64,000 nt of DNA from Podarcis gaigeae (taxonomy: Eukaryota), in the NCBI GenBank assembly GCA_964106915.2, contig OZ066921.1, one strand, 5' to 3'. The notes beneath the pieces were generated by a model. The model made no database searches and was not told where the DNA came from. It saw only the letters and a list, made by a program, of their open reading frames with translations. This document shows, in pieces, positions 34,956-46,337 of this stretch. The position numbers were made by a program, and so were the translations under genes. Positions within the stretch are counted from its first letter, which is position 1; each line of letters starts with the position of its first letter.

Positions 34956-36853
34956 GTGAGTATCATGCTGCCTCCAGATTGACCCAGAAGATTCTGCTAG
35001 CGATGCAGGTGGGAGCTGAGAACCCGCCATGATGCTCATGCCTAGGTTCCTACTCAGCTAAGGAGGAGGGGGGGACAGGGAGCAGTGCCACCAGATGCAC
35101 TGGTGAAAGTAGCCAAAGGGTAGCCAAAGAATCCTTAAGGGGACAGTGCCCTCTTGCCCATGGCAGTGAGGCATACTCTGGATTCCCCATCTCCACCCCC
35201 ACCTCCCAGTAGCAGTGATTATTTTGGAATCTTTAAATGTTCTGACTTGTTATGTATTTATCATAGTGAACAATTATGTAACTGTCCTACTTAAGAAAAA
35301 CAATGTTTTTTCGGATTTAAAAACATTTTGTTTTATGCAAATGCATCAGTGTTGAAGGCCAGTAACCATGTGACCTCCTTCGAACCCCGCTGCATTGCCA
35401 TGCCGGCATCCTAGCTTGAGGGTCCAGCCTGAACATTAGCAACAAAACATGCCCTCCATTAGCCACATGTTATAGGTGCATATTAATGCAAGAACAAAAA
35501 GGGTGGGGTGTCTTGTAGGAGGTGTGTTCTCTTGCCTGGATTCTACAGTTACTCACCTTCAGCTCCCTCCCCCCACCTACTCTTGGCAGGCAGCAGACTG
35601 TCAAGTTTCTGATGGAAAGGTGCCAAGTGATTGCCCAATCAGAAGTTTTGCCTCTGTTCTCCTTTGCTGTCACAATATTTGCGGAACTCAGTAGCTGCTA
35701 AGGAGGCTCCTTCTCCAGTAGCAACTGTGGCTCTCTGGTTTGTGCAGACTTTACGGAACCAGATCTGGCCCAGGACTCTGGTGCATGATGTGGAACATCT
35801 GAGTGGCTCTTCCTTCCCTCCCAACTGCTGCACATTCATTTCAGTGGGACTTACATAGAAGAACTGGAAGATTGTAACCTATCATGGTCTTCATGGAACC
35901 CAAACCTGTCCCCAGGGATGGCTGTCCCAGCTTGTCTCCTAGCAGTGCTGCTTCTGTGGGGGACTCGTGCCGTAGCGTGTTTTCATACCCAAATTAGCTT
36001 TCCATAGAAGTCAAAGGGACTTGTTTTTGTGCGCAGTCAGTCAGAGGGCCGTGGGTTGCGTAGGCAGACTAAATCCAAATCAGGGGAGGACCTGGGGGCT
36101 GTTCTAGCTTTTCTGTGGCTTCAGGATCACCACCGTCCTTCTATCCTCTTTTCTCAAGCTGTAGAACCACATTCAAAGTGAACAGGAGAATGGAAAGCCC
36201 CTCCCCCTTGGTGTTGCTACCACCAAAATGCTTCATTGGGCAGCTTTTTGCTTATTGATGCATTGATGCTTTGCCTTTTGACCCTGGTCCCTGACTCATC
36301 CTTTAAAACAGTATCACAGTAAAACAAAAAAAAAATGACAAGTAAATTAAACATTCCCCTTGGGATTGATGCTCTGAAGGGCAGTATGGAAATGCCTGAC
36401 ATTTTTTAAAATGCTCCAGGACTGCAACCACATAAACATTGCAAAACTGAAAAAGAAAAAGCGTTCAACAAGATTTAATTGCTCTTAGAAGCTTAAATAT
36501 GAAGAACAACAAATCGATAGATATGGGGAGGAAGGTATACAATGTAGCACCACAGTGAAGGTCTCTAATAGCTACATTGAAAGGTGGTATTACCTGAAGA
36601 TCTTACTAGTGAGTCAGGGGATCTTTGAGATATTCTCATCACAATTTGCCATGTATTATATAGAAATAAAATGGGTTGTGCACACTCACACATGCCAAAA
36701 GTCAATGTAAGACCAGCCCCACTTTTCTAGCATCCGGCTGTTTCCATTTGTGTTGCTGTTAATAGAAAGCTATGATATCATTGTTAGGATGTCTGTAGTC
36801 TGTTCTGAAAACCTCCTTGCGGTCAGTTCACCTGGATTATCATTTTCCTTCAG

Positions 36854-38813
36854 GTCCAGTATTGCGGATTGCTGTTCCGGCATGAGGGCTGGCCCCTCTG
36901 CATCCATGAGAAGATTGTAGTTCAACTTGGCTCCTTCGACTGGCGAATCTTGAGACCAGGAGACTTTTACCTGCAGGTGGTCCCTTACTTGAAAAAGTCC
37001 CCACGAATCATTGTGAAATGTTTGGCCGAGGACAAGCATAATGTTGATGAGCTTGTGGTTCCTGAAGTCTCCTACACTTCCATTTTCACTGTGGAATGGC
37101 TGAATGGCATCAACAGGGAGCGGATGGGAATGGCACTGGAAAACTGCTTACTAGGCACAGAAGATAAAATATTCCGGGTGCCCTGGGACAGAATAGTTAA
37201 TCCAGAATTTATTGAAAGCCCCCCCAAAATGAATGGTGGCCTAAGTTCTGTTCCAGTGACTGAACAGCCTTCAGATTTGGCCTTTTCAGAGGTGCCGTCT
37301 CAAAGCAGCTCCCTTAAAGTGGAGTCCCAACTTTTAAATGGGCCAAGTTTACCTGAAGACAGCTTCTTCATGACCAATACAACAGAGCAACTTGTGAGGG
37401 CAGCTGCCAGCATGGACTGTGTGAGCCCAGGCCTTGGAGAAGACTCTATAAGTGACCTGGAAGGGGAATACGTGGAGCTCACAGATGTTTCACTGCCTAA
37501 ATTTGGACCTCAATCAGTCTCCCTCAGTTACTGCACTAAGCCGAGGATGAGAGTAAAGGACAAGCCTGCAGCCAGTCAGGACAGCAGCACTAGCCTGAGA
37601 AATGGAGTTGGTTTAGCAGTCGAATTAATGCCACATGGGCATCTGGACACAGCAAAGCCCTCTGATACCCAGGCCAGTAATGCTAGGAATCTTTTGGAGG
37701 ATGCTCATGAACTAGAAAGTGACAAATTGCTATTAGAAAATTATGAAGGGCCTGCTGCTGGCTCTGATCCCAAGGAGCCTTCTGATGTAAAGGGACAGGC
37801 CCAGCCAGAACATGAGCTTGACTGGAGGTACGCAATGTGCAGCTACCACGATGGAGAAGATGCTGAATGTAGGTCTCTGACAGCTGTGGCTTCTGAAATA
37901 ACAGAGACAGCTCAGAGTAGCAGCACAAAGCTGGAAAATGGCAGCAGGGTCTCTGAGCATGGCTATTGCTCTAGTGTGCTAGGCATGAAGGCCACACAAG
38001 GAATAGGCACCAGGGAGGGTTGTGGGAGTTCTGGGAAGGATAACTTCCCTGAGCCTCATTTGGGACATTTGGCCAAGGACTCTGACCCTTCCAGCCCAAG
38101 GTTGCAGGAGAATGCCTTTTCCCCACCCATGCCAAAGTCACTGTCACCAAAACACTTCTCTGATGTGAGGGCGGCAGCACACAGTCACCTCCCACAAGAA
38201 CTGTCAGTAGAAGTCACAGGTCACACTTCTGAGTGGCTGGTGGAGCTCCATCACCCAGTTGAGCAGTTGGAGAAGGTGAGCCCAAGGCCAGCAGAGGCAT
38301 TAGTGGGGTTGGGCAGCAGTGTTTATGGAGCGGAAAGCCTCCAATGTTTAGCCAAGCAAAGTCTCTCTGAGAAGGAGAAGCAGACTAGGTCTGGAAGCAC
38401 CTTGCCACTCCAAGGGGAGACAGAGGCACACCTGCTCCAAAAGGCTGGGCAAGAGAATGTGGATTGTTCTCAACAGCAAGATGAGAGTGCCTTTCTGCCT
38501 GTCAGTTCTGGGGTAACAGCAAAAACATTGGGGAGCAGCTGCAGCAGCCCTTCAGTGGAGACAGATGCACAAGTAGAGGATGCTTCTAATCAGGGTAACA
38601 AAGAAGAAGCTGTGGCTTGCTGGGTGGACGTACCATACCTGCTAAGCAAACCAAACACTTTGATGTTGGAAACCCCCCCAAAGGTGGAATGTTTGACAGG
38701 CAAGCCCCAACCCAATAAGGAGGGCCAAGTAGCACCTCTGCCCTCTGCACCAGTGAAAACGAGGTTACAAGCCGGCACCAGGAATGTCTCAAATGGGGAC
38801 CACGTAGTCACAG
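36854..38813 (+). CDS. PLEKHG4: PLEKHG4 exon 3 (1960 nt): N-terminal domain part 2 plus a long S/P/E-rich disordered region
   Basis: Acceptor ttttccttcag, donor gtagga (phase 1). VQYCGLLFRHEGWPLCIHEKIVVQL...RPGDFYLQV is the family motif; contains DWRYAMCSY, similar to the human puratrophin-1 N-terminus. Confidence 0.92.
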
Positions 38814-39430
38814 GTAGGATTTGTGTCATTAATTTGGGAAATGTGGGTTTGTTTGTTCTTCTGGCAAAGTGACTCTTATGCAAGGAAGGCAAGGGGTGGA
38901 GGCTGAGAGGTCAGGCCTCCTCTGATGCTTCCCTGCGCCAGGGAGGAGCTTTAGCATCCTCGTATCCTAGGACATTTTTGGACTAAATGTGGGTTGAATA
39001 TTAATAGTAATAATCCTACCAATTTCCACTCTCAGTTTCCCATCCTCCATAAAAAATGACATACACCCCCGCAAAAAAACCCACACAGATTTCTAGCCCT
39101 TGTGTTCCATGAAGGGTCCTGCTTGCCAGTTTCCTACAGGCATCGGGTCATCGGCCTGATCCAACAGGACTCTTCCTATGTCCATTTTGTGCAAATAAGC
39201 AATTTGCATACATTTGAAGTGTGCAAACTTTTCTGGATACATAATTTAATTTTCTGGTTGCAGGAATTTGATTTTTTGAGTGTTTGTGCAGCATATACAT
39301 AGGCCTCTATAGTGCTTTTATAACACTAATCTAAACTAAGTGTGAATATGCAGGCATGAGGGTTCCCAGAGATGAGGTCGCAGCTTTGCTCCTCTTCCAG
39401 CCTTGCTGCTGCTGCCCTGCTACCTTGAGC

Positions 39431-39593
39431 TAAACCATGGTTTGGCTTAGCATGTTGTCTGAACCCAGGCTTGTAGTTTGTCTCCCCCTGGCAGACTGTG
39501 AGCTAGAAACCCACTTGGTTGCAACTTGTGCTATGGAGTGAGACAAATCATAAGCCTGGGTCCAGACAACATGCAAAGCCAAATCATGGCTTA
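39431..39593. repeat. Long imperfect inverted repeat (about 54-bp arms), MITE-like
   Basis: Arm 39431-39484 taaaccatggtttggcttagcatgttgtctgaacccaggcttgtagtttgtctc pairs with 39540-39593. Confidence 0.8.
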
Positions 39594-40121
39594 TTTTTGC
39601 TGCAGCAGCTAGGAAAAGTCACCTGCGTTGGAAACAGAAGGATGAGAGGATGAGCAGGGAAGCAGTCCATTAGGGATGTCCTTGTTGTTGTGACATGAAA
39701 AGAAGCAGGCCTTGCTTGGTGTGCACTTGTGGAGCGCATGTGAGTGAGTTTGCCTGCTCGCTTGGCACATGCTGGAGCTGAGTCAGAGGAATCGCCTGCC
39801 TGCCTGCCTGCCTACCTGCCCACACAGTTGTTGCTTAACACACAACATTTCAAAATGATCCATAATGCAAATGAAGCTCCCTCCCTGAAGAAGCATTTAA
39901 GTAAAGATCTTGATGAATGCTTCAAGCAGGTTAGAACATCTTGCATGCTCACTGTATTGTGGAAGGCAAAAACTGGCTGCTTTGGAAACCTGGGTGTGTA
40001 TTTGTCTGTCTGTTCCTTCCTGACTCCTTCTCCCTGTCCTTTCTTGGTGGTTGGCTTCAGAAATATGCTGCACCAGCAGGGTTGGCTATGTGGGCAGAAT
40101 CCAGTTGGATTTACATTAAAA

Positions 40122-40316
40122 ATAGGAAGTTGCCTTATACTCAGTCAAATCCATTTGTCCAGCTAGCTTAGTACAGTCTACACTGACTTCCAGTGGCTCT
40201 CCAGAGTTTCAGAGAGGAGTCTTTCATATCCCATCCTGGAGAAGCCAGCGGGGATAGAACCTTTGGACCTTCTGTGGACAAATTGGTTGCTATCCCACTG
40301 AACTATGAGCCATTCC
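40122..40316 (-). mobile_element. tRNA-derived SINE
   Basis: ataggaagttgccttatactcagtc...gtctacactgact...ctctccagagtttcag...gaacctttggacc; same family as 456-1137. Confidence 0.7.
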
Positions 40317-40466
40317 TCTAATTTGCAAACTCCCTTGAAATGAATGAGACCTGTGCAGAGGTGCTGTTTGAGGAAGTGGGTCCTTGGCACAAGGGCCTGG
40401 AGTGGAGGCCAGATGTCACACCACACCAGCAGACAGCAGGCCTATAGCAGCAGACTTTGGAGAGGG

Positions 40467-40468
<2 letters not shown>

Positions 40469-40509
<41 letters not shown>
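40469..40509. repeat. (TG)n microsatellite
   Basis: Seen directly in the sequence. Confidence 0.97.
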
Positions 40510-40512
<3 letters not shown>

Positions 40513-42161
40513 GTGCCAGGGTTGCACTTCTTGCCCTGCTTGGCTCTGAAAGCTTGCTCCCTGCGAGTCTTCACTTGGATCTGGCTGAGATGTACACAAA
40601 TTGTGTTTAATTGAGTTGTTGGCAGCTTTGCTATCAATAAAAGATGCCCCTTAATGTTATTCATTGAAGGATATTGCTGAGTCAGAAAGATCTGAGGTAA
40701 TTTTTAAAAATCAAAATAGCTGTAAACCTCCCCTTTTCTTGTTGAAAGGCAGCTTGTCCCAGGCCCTTTCCTCTTCCCCTTCCACTCCTGGAGGTGGGCT
40801 TGAAAACAAAGAATGGGGAGAAAACTCCTTTCTGGTCCATGCTTCTTTAGCATTCTGGAGGAGGGTAACATGGTGTGTCCTGGTCTGCAGTGGTATGGAG
40901 TACCAAAAACAACAGAAGTGGCTCTGAGACAGAAGCTGCAGAACATCAAGATGGTTTGTCACCAAGGTTGGCTGCCCCAGACCTCTAGCAACTGCTGTTT
41001 GCATTCCATGCAGCAGGATGTGTACATTAGGGGAGAGAAGTAGTTATGACATAATAATGGGTGGTGCTCAGCTTCTTTTAGTCTCTCAAGGCCAAACTAC
41101 TGTAACACACTCTATATTGGGCATCCCTAGATGGTGATATATTCAGAAGCTTCACTTGGCAAAAACACACAGCAGCCCACCTTCTCAGTTACAGCAAGGA
41201 ATGAATTACATCAGTTCTCCAGCATCTATCTTAGCTTCTTATTGTCTTCTGGTCACAATGTAAGGTGTGGCTCTTGACCAAGAAAACTCTTAGGCTTTAC
41301 GCTTGCCACAGGGAAGATCAGTCGAGAGTGCCGCCTCGGCTGTGCCATTGAGAGAACTTTTTTTCCTGGTAGCTGCTTCTTGAGGCAAGATGAGATGTCG
41401 GAGATCTGATAGCAGCTTTCTGCCAGTTGTTGAGATTTTTTGTGCATGATGGTGGGGCAATTGTTTCAGGTCAATGCAGACATAGAGCCTCACAAATTGG
41501 ATAAATGGGGATTAGCACTTGGACAGGAGACATTTAACCCTTTCCTTCTGTGCTGTTTTTCCAATCTAAATTGCCTCCCCAACCCTGAAGCTGCTTTTAT
41601 CCTAGGCACCTATATCCCCCTAAAGGACAGCTTCAGTTAGGGGGCATTTAGATCAGGAAAATGGTGCAGTCAGATTAGAAACCTGCCTGTCTTGAATTTG
41701 GTCCTGTGTTGTTTCTCTAGGTCTCAGCTGGTATATTTCCCATGGGAGCTGTTACTACCCTCCCCTCTTTGGGCTGATGTTCAATGGCTATGAATAAGCA
41801 GGTGTGTGGAGTAGTGGCTTTTAAACACACTATAATTGGTTATTTATGTGTGTATTATATTTGCTTTATTTTTAACTGTCGCAGTTTAATAAATAAACTA
41901 ATTTTCTCTGAATTTATTTGGCAACAGTGACACGGGTCTCTGTGTGCATCTGCGACAGCATGGGCTGTAGTTTGCACAGTGAAAGTGAAGGCAGGCAAGC
42001 AAACCTGCCAAACCAACCCTTCCTTTTTCTCCTGATTCTCCTATGCAAAAGAGGCCTTAAGAGGAAAAAGCAACACTTTTATAACCCAAGCTTCACAGCC
42101 AAATACCCAACACAAAGTTGGTGATAGACCTATTCTTCTAGCATCACTTTTTCTTTTACAG

Positions 42162-42377
42162 AAGCCTCATTGAAATGGGTAGAAGAATTCAGCAGAGGAG
42201 GTGACCAAGTTAGGCTGGTGCCAGCTGATCGTGGATCTATCTGGGAAGAAGGCTCAGCAGTGGTCACACACCAAGAATATCCCTTTGTTCCATCTGGTGG
42301 AAGTCAACAAACTGTCCCCACTTCCGTGAAGGATGTAAACTGGGAGGTGCTTAGGAGTGGAGTTGCCTGCCTGCCAG
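42162..42377 (+). CDS. PLEKHG4: PLEKHG4 exon 4, entering the Sec14-like domain
   Basis: Acceptor ttcttttacag, donor gtaata, 216 nt, phase 1-1. Ends DVNWEVLRSGVACLP(G), compare human DLCWELLASGMATLPG. Confidence 0.9.
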
Positions 42378-43974
42378 GTAATAAGCATGGCTCTTCATAG
42401 ACTGTTGCTGAAATTCTTTTGCCTTTGCAAAAAGGCAGCAGGTGGAGAAGGGTTGTGTGTGTGCCTGAGTGAAGCTTAATGTTTACTTTATAGACCAGAT
42501 CATTCTATGCTGCTCCTTTGGCTTGTAGTGCTTACAGCAGACACGAAACATTGCCCATCTCAAGGTGAAAGAGGCAAGACTACCTTCACTGATGGGGCTG
42601 CTATGAGCTGCTCACTGCCTTTGCCTCAGGGCCAATGTGACTTGACACAGCAGGTTTCCCAAAGCATGGTTGCTGACTGTCAAACCCTTTCCCACATTGG
42701 TGCTGTAGCCTCTCCAACACATGCTGAGATCGCTTGCTTGTTTTGAAGATGTGGGGGGAAATGGAGCTTTCAGAAGACCATTCCAATGCTTGAGTATGGT
42801 CTTCATTGACAGCACTCTGTTCATTGTATGTCCACAGGTGCCAAATTCTGCCCTAAGGACCTAATTACTGGTATGCAGGTTTGCATTTGTCTTTGTTAAC
42901 AAATTCTGCTTCTAGGATACAGGTTTTCAAAATGTGTTTGTTTTTTGGTATTCATTCATTCTTCTGTTCATTCATTGAATATTTAGGGAAAGTCCATTTC
43001 TCTGTTGCAGTCGTGAGTGGGTCTTCAGTGAATGAGTGGATATGGTTTTGCATGCTTAAGACTCATTTTTAAAGGTGGGGATGAGAAAAGCCAACTGAGG
43101 CTTGAGGCTTAGAATAGCAGCTGCTAGACTGGGTGGCCCTTGCTGGGCTGAGGCAACAGGTGAAGGCAGGTTCTTGTATTGGTTTTATTTATGTTATGTT
43201 AAATAACCATGTATTTGTTTAAGCCAATCAGTGCCTTAGGGTGGCAGAATATATACCGTATATTTTAAAATATATTAAAGAGTGATTGAAAAGTAATAGC
43301 AGGAGGCAAGAACAATTTGGAGGTTTGAGGGGAAGTTCTGTTAATGATTTACTTCAGCTGTTTTTATGTTTTTATTGGGTTTTTTTGCATTTTATTGTAG
43401 TTAGCTTTCTTGAGCAACATTTGGTAGAAAGGCAAGAGACAGATGTAACTAACTAACTGGATAATAAACCAGTAGTCCATTTCTTCGGTCTTTGGGCTCT
43501 AGTCTTAAGTACTAGGTGGTAGTACTACTAGTAGTTTTCAAATGGTGTTCCACATACTGCATTTGCCTGGAAATCCTGCAAATAAAAGCACCCAACCCAA
43601 GTAAAAGAAGGAGAGAACTGTGAACTGCCTTTTTTTAAAGCAAGCGTCTTTCACACTTTCATCCTTCTACCTCACTAAGTCAGGTTAGTCTTGTTTAGAA
43701 GAGAGCCCAGGGAATCTTCTGTGTTGGGGTTCCAACAGAGACTTCCTTTTGGATCAAAGGCCCAAGCTGAAACCCCCTAGGTGTTTTGTTCACTAAAAGG
43801 ATAAGGAGCCACAGGTTATCTCATTAGAATAAAGTCTGTGTGTCTGCCTGCATTTTACCTGTCCAGGCGAATGGCCTATGGCCAACATTTCCCAAGGGCT
43901 TCCTGTGCGTGGAAAGAGCATAACTGAAATTCCTGCCCCGTAGCCAGATTTAACCAAATCATCCTTATTCACAG

Positions 43975-44098
43975 GCACCAGAGACAAGTATGGACATGCC
44001 GTGGTCATCATCACAATGAGGAATACAATTTGGCTAAACCCACACTGCAATGCTAGTGAGCTGATGCGCCTCCTCCTGTACTTACGGAGTGTCCTCAG
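43975..44098 (+). CDS. PLEKHG4: PLEKHG4 exon 5 (Sec14-like domain)
   Basis: GTRDKYGHAVVIITMRNTIWLNPHCNASELMRLLLYLRSVL(R); 124 nt, AG/GT flanks, phase 1-2. Confidence 0.93.
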
Positions 44099-44819
44099 GT
44101 TTGTGGGATGACTGAGGAAGGGAAGAAGGAGAGAGTGACCAGAGCAGGAAGAAATGTTGCTGCACAATATATGTATCACACCAGTAGGCCTTCTAGTGTT
44201 TCCCGTTATGCAGGCTGCATTTCTTTGCCATGTGTGCTGTTTGCAGAGATACTGTACTTTTGAAAATCAGGAGGCATCGGGGCCATCAAGCCCTGAGTAC
44301 AGCAACTTAGTTAACCTTCAAGATGGAAGTACGGTTCTTCTTGTTGTTTTGCTAAAATTGCACTGTGGCCTACTTTACTGGTTAGTTGAGAGTATAAAAA
44401 ATATTAAAGTGCTTTGTCAAATTTTAAATGGCATTACAAAAAGTAGTAAGCTGCAAGGGTCTGTTCAAATGAGAACATAGTATGTAAAGCCTATACAGTA
44501 CATAGTACAGGAGCATGGATGACACTGTGCCTGAACAGCCCACCCAGGCAAGCCTGTCCCAGCAGAAACTCACACACTGGATTTGCCAAAGGCTTGCATG
44601 TAGAGTCTAATGTGCACAGGCCAGAAAATCCTGGTTGTGTCCCAGATTCTTTTTTTTCTTTGATTTTTAGACTTACTTGTTTTTATATTACTTCAGACCT
44701 TGCCTAAGCACTACCCTCAGGCCAGGGGTTGACAGGCTAGAAATCTTCTTTATTACATTAATTGCCTCATTTCCTCCCAAGGAGCTCAAGGTTGCACTCA
44801 AGATTCTCCATTTCCCCAT

Positions 44820-44985
44820 AGGGAAGTTTTTAACATTTTATTATGCTTTTATATGTTCTGGAAGTCGCCCAGAGTGGCTGGGGAAACCCAACCAGATGGG
44901 TAGGGTATATTTTTATTATTGTTGCTGTTGTTGTTGTTGTTATCATCATCATCATTATCATCATCCTTACCACCACCACCACCAC
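44820..44985 (+). mobile_element. L2 3' terminal fragment plus a compound (TGT)n(ATC)n(ACC)n microsatellite inside a MIR-like SINE
   Basis: gcccagagtggctggggaaacccaaccagatggg is the reverse-complement homologue of about 16775-16810; the SINE halves flank it. Confidence 0.75.
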
Positions 44986-45866
44986 CCTGTGAGGTAGGTT
45001 AGGCTGACAAGACAGTAAGGTTAAAGGTTTCACTGCTTCAAGGTTCAACAGTGGAAATTTAAATCTGATCTCCCAGGTCTTAGCCCAGTTAATATCTCTC
45101 CACCTTATTCCATATTTTGGGGAAAATGTGTAGAAGTGAAGACGTTGGGGAAGGGGAATACTTTCCCCCCATGGGTCTGAAAATTTATCGGGCCCCTTAT
45201 TAGCACCTTTAAAGTTAACCAATTCAGGCTGCAATCCTGTACATACTTATCAAGGAGCAATTCTCATGGAGTAGACAGTACATATTAGTATGATCCTTGG
45301 CTTGCTGTTGTCCACTAGACACAGGAAACTATGTTGGTCTGTTCCAGAGATTTATGCTGGGTGGGGTTTTGTAAATAATAATAATAATCATAATAATATT
45401 GATGTGCTAAGTTAAATTTTAAATTCTAAGTTTCCTTAGAATTACAATAATTTACTATTACAATCTATGTTTAATGACATTTAATTAAATGTACTTTTAT
45501 TTATTTCTTTAAATGTGCAGTTGTTTAAAACGAAGATTAAAATGCCCTTATGAATGATTTTAAAGTGCCCTTTTGCGGTAGTTCTCTCCCCCCCACCCCA
45601 TGAACTTTCCTCAAATAAAAGCCCTGAGGACCAGTGTGGACAGTCAACTGCAATTCCACTTGTATCGTGGAAGAGAAGGGCAATAATTGGGTAGTGCCAG
45701 GTTCCACCTGTCTAGAAGCAGCCTTAGTGGTATAAGAAATAGGGCCAGTGTGTTGAGGGCTGTTTAGGGTTGCTGTTGCTGAGAGGCTATTGTCTGGAGT
45801 TGGGCGCTCTGGAATAGCTTGTATGAATTCTCAGCAATGAAGTATTCTCTTCTTTTTGACTTCCAG

Positions 45867-45960
45867 GCCCGAGTGCCAGGCTTTGGGCCTAACCATCCTA
45901 GTAGATGCCCGTCGATGCTCTCCAGTCCCAGCTCTCTTTAAAGCTTTAGCTGTTCTGCAG
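45867..45960 (+). CDS. PLEKHG4: PLEKHG4 exon 6 (Sec14-like domain)
   Basis: PECQALGLTILVDARRCSPVPALFKALAVLQ, compare human PEVQALGLTVLVDAR; 94 nt, phase 2-0, donor gtgagg. Confidence 0.94.
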
Positions 45961-46250
45961 GTGAGGCCTTTGCTACCAACTCCTTTGTCTTTTCCTCTTC
46001 TTCCCAACCCCAAAGAGTGACCAGGGGAACCCGGTTAGAACAAGCAGGTGGCAGTGCCCATCAGGCCATCAAATTTGTCTCTTTCACTTTAAAAAAAGGA
46101 ATGGCTTGTAGGAAGGCAGAGCAAAGTCTGTGCAAAGCAAACAGTCAAGAAAAGATCCTTGCCCAGCTGCTCATAAGACCAGACGAGACTTTGGACCAGA
46201 GCCAAAGCCAACAGCAGGGGCTCCTCCAATCTCTGTTTCTGCTCTTTCAG

Positions 46251-46337
46251 GATGCTGTCCCTCGCTGCATCCATGGGGCCCTGTTGCTTGTTGAGAAAGA
46301 TATCAGTTTTCGATTGGAAAAACCAGCTTCTATACAG
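46251..46337 (+). CDS. PLEKHG4: PLEKHG4 exon 7
   Basis: DAVPRCIHGALLLVEKDISFRLEKPASIQ; acceptor ctctttcag, donor gtatga, 87 nt. Confidence 0.88.

Noticed and set aside
34485-35039. 184-aa minus-strand ORF (also 62431-62895, 62531-63127 and 63558-63815)
   Set aside because: Antisense shadows of real PLEKHG4 coding exons.
44677-44997. Poly-Cys/poly-His ORF suggesting a metal-binding protein
   Set aside because: Translation of a compound microsatellite within nested retroelements.
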